Of a stretch of DNA of 64,000 bases, positions 38,846-49,027 are shown in pieces (position 1 is the stretch's first letter; each line of letters opens with the position of its first letter). The translations under genes and the position numbers were made by a program. The stretch spans positions 9,724 to 73,723 of the forward strand of contig DASTWJ010000190.1 of assembly GCA_035776695.1 (NCBI GenBank), written 5' to 3'. The notes beneath the pieces are model-generated. The model made no database searches. It worked only from the letters and a program-made list of their open reading frames with translations, and was not told the origin of the DNA. Source of the DNA: Bacilli bacterium (GTDB lineage Bacteria > Bacillota > Bacilli > Tumebacillales > Tumebacillaceae).

Positions 38846-39631
38846 TTATTGATGTTGATAGAAGAACGTGTCGTAGGTGTTGAACCGGTACGCAGCCGGG
38901 TTGAAGATCTGCTCCGTGCTGCCGACGAACAGGATGCCGCCCGGACGCAGCGCATTCGAGAACTTGTGATAGAGCTGATCCTTCGCTTCCTCCGTGAAGT
39001 AGATGATCACGTTGCGGCAGACGATCAGGTCGTAGTCGCTGTCAAACTTGTCCTCGAGCAAGTTTTGCTTGCGAAACGTGATGCACTTCTTGATCTCGTC
39101 GGAGATCGCATAGGTCTGGTTGTCGATCTTGGTAAAATACTTCTTGACCATCGCCTCCGGAATGAATTGCAGGGAACGCTGGTGATAGACGCCTTGTTTG
39201 GCCTTGGCGATCGCGTTTTCGTCGATGTCGGACGCTATGATCTTGATCTCGGAAAGCGGCAGGAACTGCGAGAGGATCATCGCGATCGTGTACGGCTCCT
39301 CCCCTGTCGAGCAGGCGGCACTCCAGATCTTCAGACGCTTGCTTGTTTTCAGAAACTCCGGAAAGATGCGCTTCTCCACCACTTCCCAGCGGTTGGCGTT
39401 GCGGTAGAACTCGGAGACGTTGATCGTCATCCGGTCGAGAAACTGATGAAACAGCTTCGGGTCGGCTTTCATCGCGTCAAAGTACTCGCCGAAGTTTTTA
39501 AATCCGAGCTTGTCCCGCAACGCGGTCAGACGACGCTGCATCTGCGGGCGCTTGTATTTGCGCAGGTCGATGTTGGCATACTGGTTGATCTTGTCCATAA
39601 ACAGATCAAATTCGTCAACGAGAACCGACAA
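38846..39631 (-). CDS. cheR: Chemotaxis protein methyltransferase CheR
   Basis: TINVSEFYRN, WSAACSTGEEPYT, DLIVCRNVIIYF; TTG 39631 with AGGGGG RBS. Confidence 0.95.
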   Translation of the reverse strand: MSVLVDEFDLFMDKINQYANIDLRKYKRPQMQRRLTALRDKLGFKNFGEYFDAMKADPKLFHQFLDRMTINVSEFYRNANRWEVVEKRIFPEFLKTSKRLKIWSAACSTGEEPYTIAMILSQFLPLSEIKIIASDIDENAIAKAKQGVYHQRSLQFIPEAMVKKYFTKIDNQTYAISDEIKKCITFRKQNLLEDKFDSDYDLIVCRNVIIYFTEEAKDQLYHKFSNALRPGGILFVGSTEQIFNPAAYRFNTYDTFFYQHQ

Positions 39632-39762
39632 GGAAATATCCCCCTTTTTGGCAAACAGCCAATTCACACAGTAAATAAATAAAACCGTCTCTATCCATTC
39701 TCCCTGTATCTCGAAAATCCTTGTGACCGTTTGACGAAATTCGACATGGGAGGTGTGTTCGA

Positions 39763-40698
39763 ATGAAAATCGGAGTGGCTTTGAGCGGCGGGACCCTGCG
39801 CGGTGCGGCGCACATCGGGGTGCTGATGGAATTGCAGGAAGCGGGCATTCGACCGGAGATGATCGCCGGCACCAGCGCCGGCAGCGTCGTCGCCTCGATG
39901 TACGCGCACGGCTTTCATCCGAAGATGATCGCGAAGATCGCCACGCAGTCTTTTGAAGGCAGACAGTTGATCGACTGGACGACCAGCCTCTGGGACCTCG
40001 TGCGCTTTTTCGGTCATCTGCCACTCATCTTCACCGGCCTGTCCAAAAACTTCGAACGCCTCCTGCCGATCGGTTTCATCGCCGGGCGCAAGTTCGAAGA
40101 GTTTCTTGGCCGTACCTTCAAGCTCTCCCCCACGCAAAAGCCGATCCCGCTGCTGTTGAGCGCCGTCGACCTCTACAGCGGCGAGACGGTGGTGTTTCGC
40201 GACTCGCGCATCGCCGACCTGCACACCGGCTCCTACCGTTCCGTCGGCGTGAAAGACCCCGGCACGGTGATCCTGCCGCTCGACGACCCGATCACCGCTG
40301 TCCGCTGCTCCTGCTCGATGCCGGGGGTGTTCACCCCGCGCAAGATCGACGGTCGCACGCTGATCGACGGGGCGATTCGCAACAACCTCCCCGCCGAGTT
40401 GCTCTACGAAGCGGGTTGCGACAAAGTGATCGCCGTCGACCTGCTGAACGCCCGGATGGCCCCCGGCACGATCCGCACCTTTTTCGACGTGTTTATGCGG
40501 GCGTGGGACATCATGATGAACGAGATCACCGTGATGCAGTTGGAGAATGAAAACGTGTTCGTGCTCCAACCGACGATCGAGGATGTCGGCTGGACCGCGT
40601 TTGACAAACTCGACTATTGCATCGAGCAGGGACGACAGGTCGTGCGCGACAACCTGCAAGAGATCCAAGACTATATCAAAAAACCCACTCTGCGCTGA
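39763..40698 (+). CDS. Patatin-like phospholipase
   Basis: SGGTLRGAAHIG, GTSAG, DGA motifs. Confidence 0.9.
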   Translation: MKIGVALSGGTLRGAAHIGVLMELQEAGIRPEMIAGTSAGSVVASMYAHGFHPKMIAKIATQSFEGRQLIDWTTSLWDLVRFFGHLPLIFTGLSKNFERLLPIGFIAGRKFEEFLGRTFKLSPTQKPIPLLLSAVDLYSGETVVFRDSRIADLHTGSYRSVGVKDPGTVILPLDDPITAVRCSCSMPGVFTPRKIDGRTLIDGAIRNNLPAELLYEAGCDKVIAVDLLNARMAPGTIRTFFDVFMRAWDIMMNEITVMQLENENVFVLQPTIEDVGWTAFDKLDYCIEQGRQVVRDNLQEIQDYIKKPTLR

Positions 40699-40710
40699 GA
40701 GTGGGTTTTT
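40679..40710. terminator. Bidirectional terminator between patatin and ndk
   Basis: AAAACCCACTC/GAGTGGGTTTT. Confidence 0.7.
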
Positions 40711-40738
40711 CTTCGCCTCTTGAGAGGTTAGCCGTGGA

Positions 40739-41185
40739 TTAGATCCACTTGTTGATCGCTTTATCGTAGTTCAGCGCTTCGCCGCCGAACCACAGGCCGA
40801 TCTCGCGTTCAGCCGATTCCGGGGAATCGGAGCCGTGGATGATGTTCATGCCGACGGAGATCGCGTAGTCGTTGCGGATGGTGCCCGGTTCTGCGTTCGC
40901 CGGGTTGGTTGCGCCCATCATTTGACGAGCGGTTGCGATCACGTTCTCACCTTCCCACACCATGCCGAATACCGGGGAGGAAGTGATGAAGCCGGTCAGT
41001 TCGCCGAAGAACGGCTTGTCCGACAGATCTTTGTAGTGTTCTTTGGCCAGGTCTTCGGAGACTTGGATCAGTTTCGCGTTGACCAGTTTGAAGCCTTTTT
41101 TCTCGAAGCGGGATACGATTTCACCGATCAGACCGCGTTGTACGCCGTCCGGCTTAACCATGAGGAAAGTGCGTTCTGCTGCCAT
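40739..41185 (-). CDS. ndk: Nucleoside diphosphate kinase
   Basis: [24 protein letters not shown] phospho-His motif. Confidence 0.98.
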   Translation of the reverse strand: MAAERTFLMVKPDGVQRGLIGEIVSRFEKKGFKLVNAKLIQVSEDLAKEHYKDLSDKPFFGELTGFITSSPVFGMVWEGENVIATARQMMGATNPANAEPGTIRNDYAISVGMNIIHGSDSPESAEREIGLWFGGEALNYDKAINKWI

Positions 41186-41331
41186 GTTTCAAGACACTCC
41201 TTTTTCTATGTACGGATACGTTTTGCAATCCTTGTCCATTTTACCAACTGGAGGGGGTTCGAAGCAAGTCTAACTGTATAAAAAAGCGACCTTTCCTCAA
41301 AAGAAAGGCCGCTTTTGTCACATTTCTTCGA

Positions 41332-42297
41332 TTAATGATCGCGTTGGTTGATAAAATGCGCGATGCCTTCCAACTTCTTGCGACTCTCCGTGGCCGGCAA
41401 GCGGTGCAGCATCGCCAGGCACTTGTCCATGTAGCGATCAGCCAACTCGCGGGAGAATTCCAGCCCGCCGGAGCGCTTGACGATCGCGATCGCCTCTTCC
41501 GCTTCGGCATTGGTGATCTCCGGCGAGATCAGTGACCGCAAGCGATCCCGATCCGGCGAATGTTGCAGCGCGTAGAGCACCGGCAGCGTCAAGTTGCCTT
41601 GGCGCAAGTCGGAGCCGACTGGCTTGCCGAGCTGCTTCTCCGTGGCGGTCAGGTCGAGAATATCGTCGATCACCTGAAATGCCATGCCCGCATAATAGCC
41701 GTAGCGCTCCAAATAGCGCACCGTCAACGGCGAGCACTCGGACACCAGTGCCCCGAGCGTGCAGGAGATCGACAAAAGCAACGCCGTCTTGCGCTTGATG
41801 CGACGCAGGTAGGTACGCAAGTTCTGCCGCGTGTTGTACAGATCGCGAATCTGCTCGATCTCCCCTTCGCACATCGCGACGATTGCGCGAGAGAGAAGTT
41901 GATGGACCTGAACCTGCGGGATGTCGGACAGCATGACCAAGGCGCGAGCGAAAATAAAATCGCCCGTGTACATCGCCATCCGGTTGCCCCATTCGGATTT
42001 GACAGTGGGGGTACCGCGACGCAACTCGGCATCGTCGATCACGTCGTCATGTACCAGCGACGCGCTGTGAATCAGTTCCAAGGCGGCCGCCACGGTCGAC
42101 AGGCGACCGATGTCGTAGTTCCCAAACGTGCCGGCGAGCAACACGAAGATCGGACGAATCCGTTTGCCGCCCGCCTTGAGCAGATGGGAGGATGCTTTTT
42201 TCAAGTTATACTGCGGCGTCTGCACTTCCGCATGGAGGCGCTTCTCCACCACGTCCATATCCGATTTGAGCGAGAGATAGATATCCAGCAACTTCAT
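41332..42297 (-). CDS. hepT: Heptaprenyl diphosphate synthase component II
   Basis: GGKRIRP, HDDVIDDAELRRG, FQVIDDILD. Confidence 0.95.
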   Translation of the reverse strand: MKLLDIYLSLKSDMDVVEKRLHAEVQTPQYNLKKASSHLLKAGGKRIRPIFVLLAGTFGNYDIGRLSTVAAALELIHSASLVHDDVIDDAELRRGTPTVKSEWGNRMAMYTGDFIFARALVMLSDIPQVQVHQLLSRAIVAMCEGEIEQIRDLYNTRQNLRTYLRRIKRKTALLLSISCTLGALVSECSPLTVRYLERYGYYAGMAFQVIDDILDLTATEKQLGKPVGSDLRQGNLTLPVLYALQHSPDRDRLRSLISPEITNAEAEEAIAIVKRSGGLEFSRELADRYMDKCLAMLHRLPATESRKKLEGIAHFINQRDH

Positions 42298-42326
42298 TCA
42301 AGAGTCCACCTTATTCAATGTCCGTG

Positions 42327-43436
42327 CTATTTGTTGTACACTTCCAAAATGTTGTATTGCGTGTCGCGCAGAGCCGCCACACGCCCTGCGTCGTGAATCG
42401 TGCGGATCAGCGCCTCCTTGTTCATGCGGTTGTGTGCGCCCGCCGCCGAGACTACGTTCTCCTCGATCATCGTCGAGCCCATGTCGTTACAACCGAACTC
42501 GAGCGCCAACTGACCGATTTTCTCCCCCATCGTCACCCAGGACGATTGGAAGTTGCGCACGTTGTTGACCATCAGGCGGGAGATCGCCAAGTTCTTCAAG
42601 TATTCAACCGCCGTCGCGCGGGTGCCTTTGAGCGCGGTGTTGTCCGGCTGGTAGACCCACGAGATAAACGCGGTGAAGCCACCGGTCAGCGCTTGTTGCT
42701 CGCGAACGCGGATGAAGTGGAGCAGGCGCTCTTCCAGCGATTCGCCAAACCCGATCACCATCGTTGCGGTGGTCTTCATGCCTTGCTTGTGCGCTTCGGC
42801 ATGCACGTTCATCCATTCCTGCCACGACTCTTTCAGGCGGGAGATGCGCATGCGGGTGCGATCGTCGAGAATCTCGGCGCCACCGCCCGGCAAGGAATCA
42901 AGACCCGCTTCCTTCAACTGCTGGATCACTTCGGCCAAAGACAGGCCGGACACTTCGACCATCTTGCGAATCTCCGCCGCGGAGAACGAGTGCATCGTGA
43001 TCCCCGGGAACTTCGCCTTGATCTTGCGGAGCAGGTCGGTGTAGTAGGAGAACGGCAGGTTCGGATGCGTGCCGCCTTGCATCAGAATCTCGACGCCGCG
43101 TTCCTGACCGGCCAACTCGACCGCTTCGGCGATCTTGTTGAAGATCACTTCATCGGACAACACATACGCGTCCGCGTCCTTCTCCGTGCGATAAAACGCA
43201 CAGAAACGGCAGTACGTATCGCAGACGTTGGTGTAGTTGATGTTGCGGTTGATCACAAACGTGCCGAGGTTGTCCGGCACATGCTTCAACATCATTTGTT
43301 TCGCGCCCGCACCGAGCTTGATCAAGTCGTTCGACTCGTACAGCACCAAGCCTTCCTCAAGGGTCAGCGCTTCCCCTTGCAACGCTTTGTCGATCAGCTC
43401 ATCGACTTTGGTGGTTTGCGTATTCACAAAACTCAT
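42327..43436 (-). CDS. mqnC: Cyclic dehypoxanthine futalosine synthase (radical SAM)
   Basis: RNINYTNVCDTYCRFC, QGGTHP, PGGGAEIL, GCNDMGSTMIEENVV. Confidence 0.88.
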   Translation of the reverse strand: MSFVNTQTTKVDELIDKALQGEALTLEEGLVLYESNDLIKLGAGAKQMMLKHVPDNLGTFVINRNINYTNVCDTYCRFCAFYRTEKDADAYVLSDEVIFNKIAEAVELAGQERGVEILMQGGTHPNLPFSYYTDLLRKIKAKFPGITMHSFSAAEIRKMVEVSGLSLAEVIQQLKEAGLDSLPGGGAEILDDRTRMRISRLKESWQEWMNVHAEAHKQGMKTTATMVIGFGESLEERLLHFIRVREQQALTGGFTAFISWVYQPDNTALKGTRATAVEYLKNLAISRLMVNNVRNFQSSWVTMGEKIGQLALEFGCNDMGSTMIEENVVSAAGAHNRMNKEALIRTIHDAGRVAALRDTQYNILEVYNK

Positions 43437-44326
43437 TCCTCGTCACCCCACAGTTCCACCTTTACAGGCTTTGGCAGTAGACCGTGGCGGTACGCAGCGT
43501 CGAAAAACGCCTCCGCGCCCGTCAGCAAGTCTTCATCGAAATCATGGATCAATTTGGCAAAGTAAGTGCGCCAAAACTCTTCCGTCATCCCCATCATCCG
43601 GGTCGCCTCGCGAATCACCGCTTCCATGTCGGCATAGCCTTTGCGCTTGCCGTCGAGGAAGAAACGGTGAATCCGCCGCACTTTGTCCGGGTTGGTCTGC
43701 AACAGTTTCTTCGGCACCGCGACGACGGCAAACGTCATCGACAGACCGGTCAACTTGTTCCACTCTTCCCCGAGGTCATAGCGGTAGTAACCATGCTCCT
43801 GAACCGACCAGTACAACGCATCGTCGGCGATCAGGACGGCCGCGTCCGCTTTTTCCATCATCTTCGGCAAGTCCGACTCATGCGGGATGAAGTTGACTTG
43901 AATCCCCATCTCGCCGAACAGGACTTTCGCCAAGTTGATCGAGGACGCCGACATCGTCGTCAGCGCCACCGTGCCTCCTGCGAGCTCTTCGATCGGCTTC
44001 TTCGAGAACAGGAAGATCGAACCGACCGGACCGCGCGAGGAAACGGAGAGACCGCGCAACGCCACATACTCGTCGGCACGTTCCGCATAGGCGAACGCGG
44101 ACACCAGCCCGCAATCGACCGTCCCCTCCGCCAGCCATTTGTTCAGCTCGGACGGAGCGCCGGGACGGAATTGGATCGTCGGGTCGTTTTTCTCAAGAAA
44201 ATGGCAGATCGGCAGGGCGTTGGTGAACTTGATCTGCCCGACGCGCAAGATGTTGTCCCTAGCGGACGGCGAGTTCGGTCCCGTTGCTGTCTGTTCTGCG
44301 GTGTTCCACTCGGCCACTTGTTTCAT
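43433..44326 (-). CDS. mqnA: Chorismate dehydratase
   Basis: G.I.F.N..P, V.S..LFS, S.SS..L, DLGEEW..LTGL.M.FAV. Confidence 0.88.
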   Translation of the reverse strand: MKQVAEWNTAEQTATGPNSPSARDNILRVGQIKFTNALPICHFLEKNDPTIQFRPGAPSELNKWLAEGTVDCGLVSAFAYAERADEYVALRGLSVSSRGPVGSIFLFSKKPIEELAGGTVALTTMSASSINLAKVLFGEMGIQVNFIPHESDLPKMMEKADAAVLIADDALYWSVQEHGYYRYDLGEEWNKLTGLSMTFAVVAVPKKLLQTNPDKVRRIHRFFLDGKRKGYADMEAVIREATRMMGMTEEFWRTYFAKLIHDFDEDLLTGAEAFFDAAYRHGLLPKPVKVELWGDEE

Positions 44327-44327
44327 C

Positions 44328-45488
44328 TTAGATCACCGGCAATTCCTGGACAGGTTGCTTCGGCGCGTCTTCCGTATCGAACTCGGTGTTGACCACGTTG
44401 TACAGCGTGTCGCGCTCGACCGGCGTACGGCCGGCGTCACGGATCAGGCGCACGAGGTCGCTTTTCAACATGCCCTGCGACGTTTTCGCCCCTGCGGCAT
44501 GGTAGATCTTCTCTTCCACCACGTTGCCGTCGAGGTCGTCCGCACCAAACCAGAGAGCGGTCTGCGCCAATTTGTCACCGACTTGCATCCAGTAGGTCTT
44601 GATGTGGTCGATGTTGTCGAGGAACAGGCGTCCCACCGCAACGACCTTCAAGTCATCCATGCCGGTCGAGGTGTGCAGATGCGGGAACTTCTTGATCAGT
44701 TCGGTGTTATCCGGATGCCAAGACAGCGGGATAAACGTCTGGAAGCCGCCCGTCTTGTCCTGCAGGTCGCGCAGGCGCATCAAGTGGTCGATGCGATCTT
44801 CCATCGTCTCCACATGGTTGTACAGGATGGTGCAGTTGGTACGCAGACCACGGTTGTGGACATACTCATGCACTTCCAACCAGCGTTCCGCGGTCGTCTT
44901 GTGGTCACAGATGACCGCGCGCGGCTCCTCGGCGAAGATCTCCGCACCGCCGCCCGGCATCGAGTCGAGACCGGCTTCGATCAAACGGTCGAGCACCTCG
45001 GCCACCGACAGTTTGTTCACACGGGTAAAATGGTCGATTTCCACGCCGGTAAATGCCTTGATGTGCAGGTTCGGGCGCTTGCGCTTGACCATGCGCAACA
45101 GGTCTTCATAGTACTCCAGACGGAGCTTCGGGTTGTTGCCGCCGACGATGTGTACTTCGGTCGCATCCGGCGTGATCATGTCAACGCGGTGCTCGAGCTC
45201 TTCCATTGTCATCGTGTAGGCGTTCGGATCTTTCATCCGTACGCCGAACGCGCAGAAATCGCACAGCGTCTGGCAGATGTTCGTCGGGTTGATATGGCGG
45301 TTCGTGTTAAAAAACGTCTTGGAACCGTGTTTCTTTTCGCGAACATAGTTCGCCATGTGTCCGAGCGCGATGAGGTCGTTCGACTTCATCAGGCGCACGC
45401 CGTCGTCAAACGTCAGGCGTTCTTCGCGCTGCACCTTCGCCCAAATGTCTGCCAACGGATGTTGGCTGCTGATGATCTCCACAATCAT
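44328..45488 (-). CDS. mqnE: Aminofutalosine synthase (radical SAM)
   Basis: NRHINPTNICQTLCDFC, HIKAFT.VE, HIKTYW, ALWFGADDLDGNVVEEKIYH.AGA. Confidence 0.9.
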   Translation of the reverse strand: MIVEIISSQHPLADIWAKVQREERLTFDDGVRLMKSNDLIALGHMANYVREKKHGSKTFFNTNRHINPTNICQTLCDFCAFGVRMKDPNAYTMTMEELEHRVDMITPDATEVHIVGGNNPKLRLEYYEDLLRMVKRKRPNLHIKAFTGVEIDHFTRVNKLSVAEVLDRLIEAGLDSMPGGGAEIFAEEPRAVICDHKTTAERWLEVHEYVHNRGLRTNCTILYNHVETMEDRIDHLMRLRDLQDKTGGFQTFIPLSWHPDNTELIKKFPHLHTSTGMDDLKVVAVGRLFLDNIDHIKTYWMQVGDKLAQTALWFGADDLDGNVVEEKIYHAAGAKTSQGMLKSDLVRLIRDAGRTPVERDTLYNVVNTEFDTEDAPKQPVQELPVI

Positions 45489-45497
45489 TCCTCCCGT

Positions 45498-46112
45498 CTA
45501 CTCCTGCTCCCGGTCGCCCCAGCGACGAAACAGGGTGTGCTCGACGCGCAACGCGTCAAGCGCTTTGCCGACGACAAAGTCGATCAGGTCTTCCATCGTC
45601 TGCGGGCGGTGGTAAAACCCGGGCATCGCCGGCACAATGCGTGCGCCGGCCGCACTTGCCGCCAACATGTTTTTCAAATGAATCTGGTTAAACGGCGTTT
45701 CACGCGGAACGAGAATCAGCGGCCGCCCCTCTTTGAGATGAGTGTCGGCCGCTCGCTCGAGCAAGTTGTCGGAAGCACCTGTGGCGATCGCGGACAGCGT
45801 GCCCATCGAGCAAGGGATGACGATCATCCCTTCCGTGATGTGCGAGCCGCTGGCCACCGGAGCTCCGTAATCGCGCGCGCCATGGATGTGTAGGTCGGCG
45901 GTCTCCGCAATCCCGAACAACTCAGGAATCGCCGTGAGATCGCCGTGACGCACGGACCAACCCATTTCCAGCGTGAACACCTGCCAAACCGACTCGGACA
46001 AGAGCAGATGCACCCGATGACCTTGCGCACACAGTTCTTGTACCAACCGAATCGCATAGACCGCACCGGAAGCACCGGTCATACCGACGACATACTCTTT
46101 CGGGCGGGTCAT
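45498..46112 (-). CDS. ubiX: UbiX family flavin prenyltransferase
   Basis: GMTGASG, ASGS, PCSMGTL, LVPRETP, PAMPGFYH.P. Confidence 0.92.
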   Translation of the reverse strand: MTRPKEYVVGMTGASGAVYAIRLVQELCAQGHRVHLLLSESVWQVFTLEMGWSVRHGDLTAIPELFGIAETADLHIHGARDYGAPVASGSHITEGMIVIPCSMGTLSAIATGASDNLLERAADTHLKEGRPLILVPRETPFNQIHLKNMLAASAAGARIVPAMPGFYHRPQTMEDLIDFVVGKALDALRVEHTLFRRWGDREQE

Positions 46113-46115
46113 CCT

Positions 46116-46856
46116 CTATTCCCCCGCTCGATTCGGCTTACGGCCGATATGCAACGCACAGATGCCGCCGAAGAAGTTTTTGACGATGACATGCTCCAGA
46201 CCGGCTTCCTCGAACATCGCCTTCAAGCGGTCTTGGTCCGGGAAGTTGGTCAGCGATTCGGGCAACCACGAGTAGGAAATCCCATCGCGCGATGCCAAGT
46301 TGCCGATCTTCGGCAACACTTTATAAAAATAGAAAAAGTACAACGCCCGGAACGGCTTCCAGACCGGACGGTTCAATTCCAGCGATACCACTTGTCCACC
46401 CGGTTTGACCACGCGGGTCATCTCGGACAGCACCTTGCTCACATCCGGCACGTTGCGCAGGGCAAAGCCGATCGTCGCATGGTGGAACGTGTCATCCTCA
46501 TACGGCAACTCCATCGCGTTGCCGTGGATCATCGACGTCTGCTTCTCGACGCCCGCCGCTTCCAGCTTCGGGTAGGCGTGGCGCAACATCTCCTGCGAGA
46601 AATCGAGGCCGACCACCTTGCCTTGCGCCCCGACCGCCTGTGCCAGCGAGACGGTCCAATCGCCGGTGCCTGCGCACACGTCGATCGCCGCATCCCCCGG
46701 CTGAACGTCCATCACGCCCATCGTGTATTTGCGCCAACGCTTGTGAAAGCCGCCGGACAACACCGTGTTCATCAGGTCATAGCGACCGGCGATGCGCTCA
46801 AATACGTAGTGAACCTTTTCTTCCTTGGTCGCGAACTTTTCCATGACTTTCTCCAC
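46116..46856 (-). CDS. menG: Demethylmenaquinone methyltransferase
   Basis: F..IA.RYDLMN..LS.G.H..W, DVCAGTGD, GFALRNV. Confidence 0.95.
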   Translation of the reverse strand: MEKVMEKFATKEEKVHYVFERIAGRYDLMNTVLSGGFHKRWRKYTMGVMDVQPGDAAIDVCAGTGDWTVSLAQAVGAQGKVVGLDFSQEMLRHAYPKLEAAGVEKQTSMIHGNAMELPYEDDTFHHATIGFALRNVPDVSKVLSEMTRVVKPGGQVVSLELNRPVWKPFRALYFFYFYKVLPKIGNLASRDGISYSWLPESLTNFPDQDRLKAMFEEAGLEHVIVKNFFGGICALHIGRKPNRAGE

Positions 46857-46870
46857 CTAACTTTCTGCTC

Positions 46871-47755
46871 CTAGCCTTCTTCCACCGCACGTCGCGGAGC
46901 CGGTTGCACCGCCGTCAAGCGGTCGCACAACTCCTGCAGCTCGATCTGAACACCCGGCAACATCAAAAGCAGCGGTTCGACGACCGCAACCGCGCCTTCC
47001 ACCTGCCGGAAGATCTCAGCCGATGTGCCATATTTCACATGCAGGGATACGAGGCGCTGATCGCTGCGCTTTTCCAGCGGCATGCCTTTCAAGTAACGGC
47101 GTTCCTCGCCGTTCGCTTGTCCGAACAGCAACACGTTGTCAAGCTTGCGCGTCCACGCATGACCGCCGCTTCGCTCCAGTTCCTGCTGCAGCACGACCGC
47201 TCGCACCAACCCGGTGATCACGTCTTCCCACAGCGGGTCCTGCGGCAAAAAGACCTCGCGAATCGCTTGCAACAGCGCGCCGTGAATGCGCTCCTGCATC
47301 AGCAAGTAGCGCCCCGAGCCGATGTTGAACTGAGCCGGGTTCTTCGCCAGTTCCGCTTTGGTCTCATTGATCACTTGGATCGCGGCGGCAAACCGTCCCA
47401 TCAACGCGACATGGCCCACCTCCGCCAGCAGGCGGTAGTATTTGCTCGAATAATAAACGCCGGCCAACACGCCCAACTGGCGGTAGCGCTCGTTCGGCTG
47501 CTTGGCCAGCTCTTCGATCTCCTCGTGAACGGCCAACCCGTGGTAGATGAGAAGCAGGGAAGAGACGACAGTTTCCGTGTCGCGTGCCGATAAGCCGGCC
47601 GCACGCATCATCGCTTCCGCCATCACCAACTGCGCGATCTCCAATTCGGGAGAAGGCAGAAAGTCTGTGAGATATCGATGTTCCATTTCCCGATATATCT
47701 TGGACCGAATGTCCTCTACACGCAGATCCAGATCGGCTTGTTGTTGTACTTGCAC
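46871..47755 (-). CDS. hepS: Heptaprenyl diphosphate synthase component I
   Basis: HEEI, RQL.VLAG.YYSSKYYRLLA motif; upstream of menG; GTG 47755 with AGGAG RBS. Confidence 0.85.
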   Translation of the reverse strand: MQVQQQADLDLRVEDIRSKIYREMEHRYLTDFLPSPELEIAQLVMAEAMMRAAGLSARDTETVVSSLLLIYHGLAVHEEIEELAKQPNERYRQLGVLAGVYYSSKYYRLLAEVGHVALMGRFAAAIQVINETKAELAKNPAQFNIGSGRYLLMQERIHGALLQAIREVFLPQDPLWEDVITGLVRAVVLQQELERSGGHAWTRKLDNVLLFGQANGEERRYLKGMPLEKRSDQRLVSLHVKYGTSAEIFRQVEGAVAVVEPLLLMLPGVQIELQELCDRLTAVQPAPRRAVEEG

Positions 47756-47986
47756 CGTTCCCCATCTCCTACTCTGTCTGCTCACACGCTCTATACATAA
47801 GAAAAAGGTCGAATGACCTTCATGCCAAATGCTATCAATTCAACTGTAACATGTCTGCTTTCTACAGCAAATATGAAAAACCTTCCGCAGACGGCAATTT
47901 GTCATGATTCTAAGCTTTCAAAGACAGTATACCATACTTTCGACAGGCGGAAGACCCCAAAAAAGCGCGAGTTGCCCACCCGCGCT

Positions 47987-48469
47987 TCACCGCCCACTGA
48001 CCACTTCCAGATTCTGTTGGACAAACGTCGGCACGCTCGTCGAACTCGGCTGCGGCGCCCCTTGCATCTTCCGTCCGTCAGCCCGCACGGTCATCGCCAC
48101 CACATCCGGACGCTCGGTCGTTACGAGCTTCACTTCCACCTCGCGCAGATGCGGCGTTTCTACTAAGAAGCGATAGGCGATCTTATAGGCGTCGCTCCAC
48201 GGCTGATCCTGTTGCAGGCGGGCAGAGGAAACGGCCAGCCAGACGGTGAGCCGATCCTGCTCATACTCCACCTTGCGTAACCGCCCTTGCAAAGACAGCG
48301 CCCCCAGTTGGTCGACCACCCCGTCCATCTTCGTCACCGGCACATCCCCCGCCTGTTGCGACCCGTGTACCTTGCCGCCCCAGCGGTCGAGCGCCTGATC
48401 GGGCAGCAGCGACAGGACGAGAGCCAACAGAATGGAGACGAGGAGCGCGCCGAACATTCCTTTTGACAT
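47987..48469 (-). CDS. Membrane-anchored hypothetical protein (160 aa)
   Basis: GGAGG RBS, N-terminal TM helix. Confidence 0.7.
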   Translation of the reverse strand: MSKGMFGALLVSILLALVLSLLPDQALDRWGGKVHGSQQAGDVPVTKMDGVVDQLGALSLQGRLRKVEYEQDRLTVWLAVSSARLQQDQPWSDAYKIAYRFLVETPHLREVEVKLVTTERPDVVAMTVRADGRKMQGAPQPSSTSVPTFVQQNLEVVSGR

Positions 48470-48514
48470 ATCGCTCGTCCTCCTTTGCTCTCATACCTAT
48501 GCGCCACCTCATGC

Positions 48515-48555
48515 AAAAAGGACAGGTCCCCTTTTCGAAAAAAGGAAACCTGTCC
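48515..48555 (-). terminator. mtrB terminator
   Basis: GGACAGGTTTCCTTTT-ttcg-AAAAGGGGACCTGTCC plus T run on minus strand. Confidence 0.7.
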
Positions 48556-48573
48556 TCACGTTGGTCTGCGAAC

Positions 48574-48798
48574 TTATTCACCCGATTCGATCTGCCCGAA
48601 CTTGGTCCAGATCGTCGCTTTGCCGCGGATCTTGACGGCCGAGGTATGTTCGGTGAATTCGGCGATCATCACTTCGCCTCTGTCTAACTTTTCAGCGTGG
48701 TGAAAGCGGGTGTCTTGCCCGCGAGTCAATCCGATCACCTGCACGCCGTTTTCCTTCGCTTTTATCACAAAAGATTCGCATAGATCATTCTGTGCCAT
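48574..48798 (-). CDS. mtrB: trp RNA-binding attenuation protein (TRAP)
   Basis: VIKA.ENGV.VIGLTRG.DTRFHH.EKLD.GEV.IA.FTEHTSA.KIRG. Confidence 0.97.
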   Translation of the reverse strand: MAQNDLCESFVIKAKENGVQVIGLTRGQDTRFHHAEKLDRGEVMIAEFTEHTSAVKIRGKATIWTKFGQIESGE

Positions 48799-48830
48799 CT
48801 GCTATCCCCGCCCTCTACAAGATCAGCATC

Positions 48831-48859
48831 AGTATACCATTGCCCTTCCGTTCAAGCAA
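48831..48859 (-). promoter_or_regulatory. sigma-A promoter of mtrB
   Basis: TTGCTT-N17-TATACT with extended TG. Confidence 0.7.
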
Positions 48860-49027
48860 ATCGACACCAAGAAGAGAAAATCTTGCCGATTCCGCTAAAA
48901 AATGTCGGAAAATGTAGCCGAATGGACTTCCATTTTTAACTCGATGCTGTATTATAATAAATAAGTCCTAATCTAACTGCAGATAAATAAGCCACTAGAC
49001 CTAGGTATATGGAGAGGAGAATCTCGC

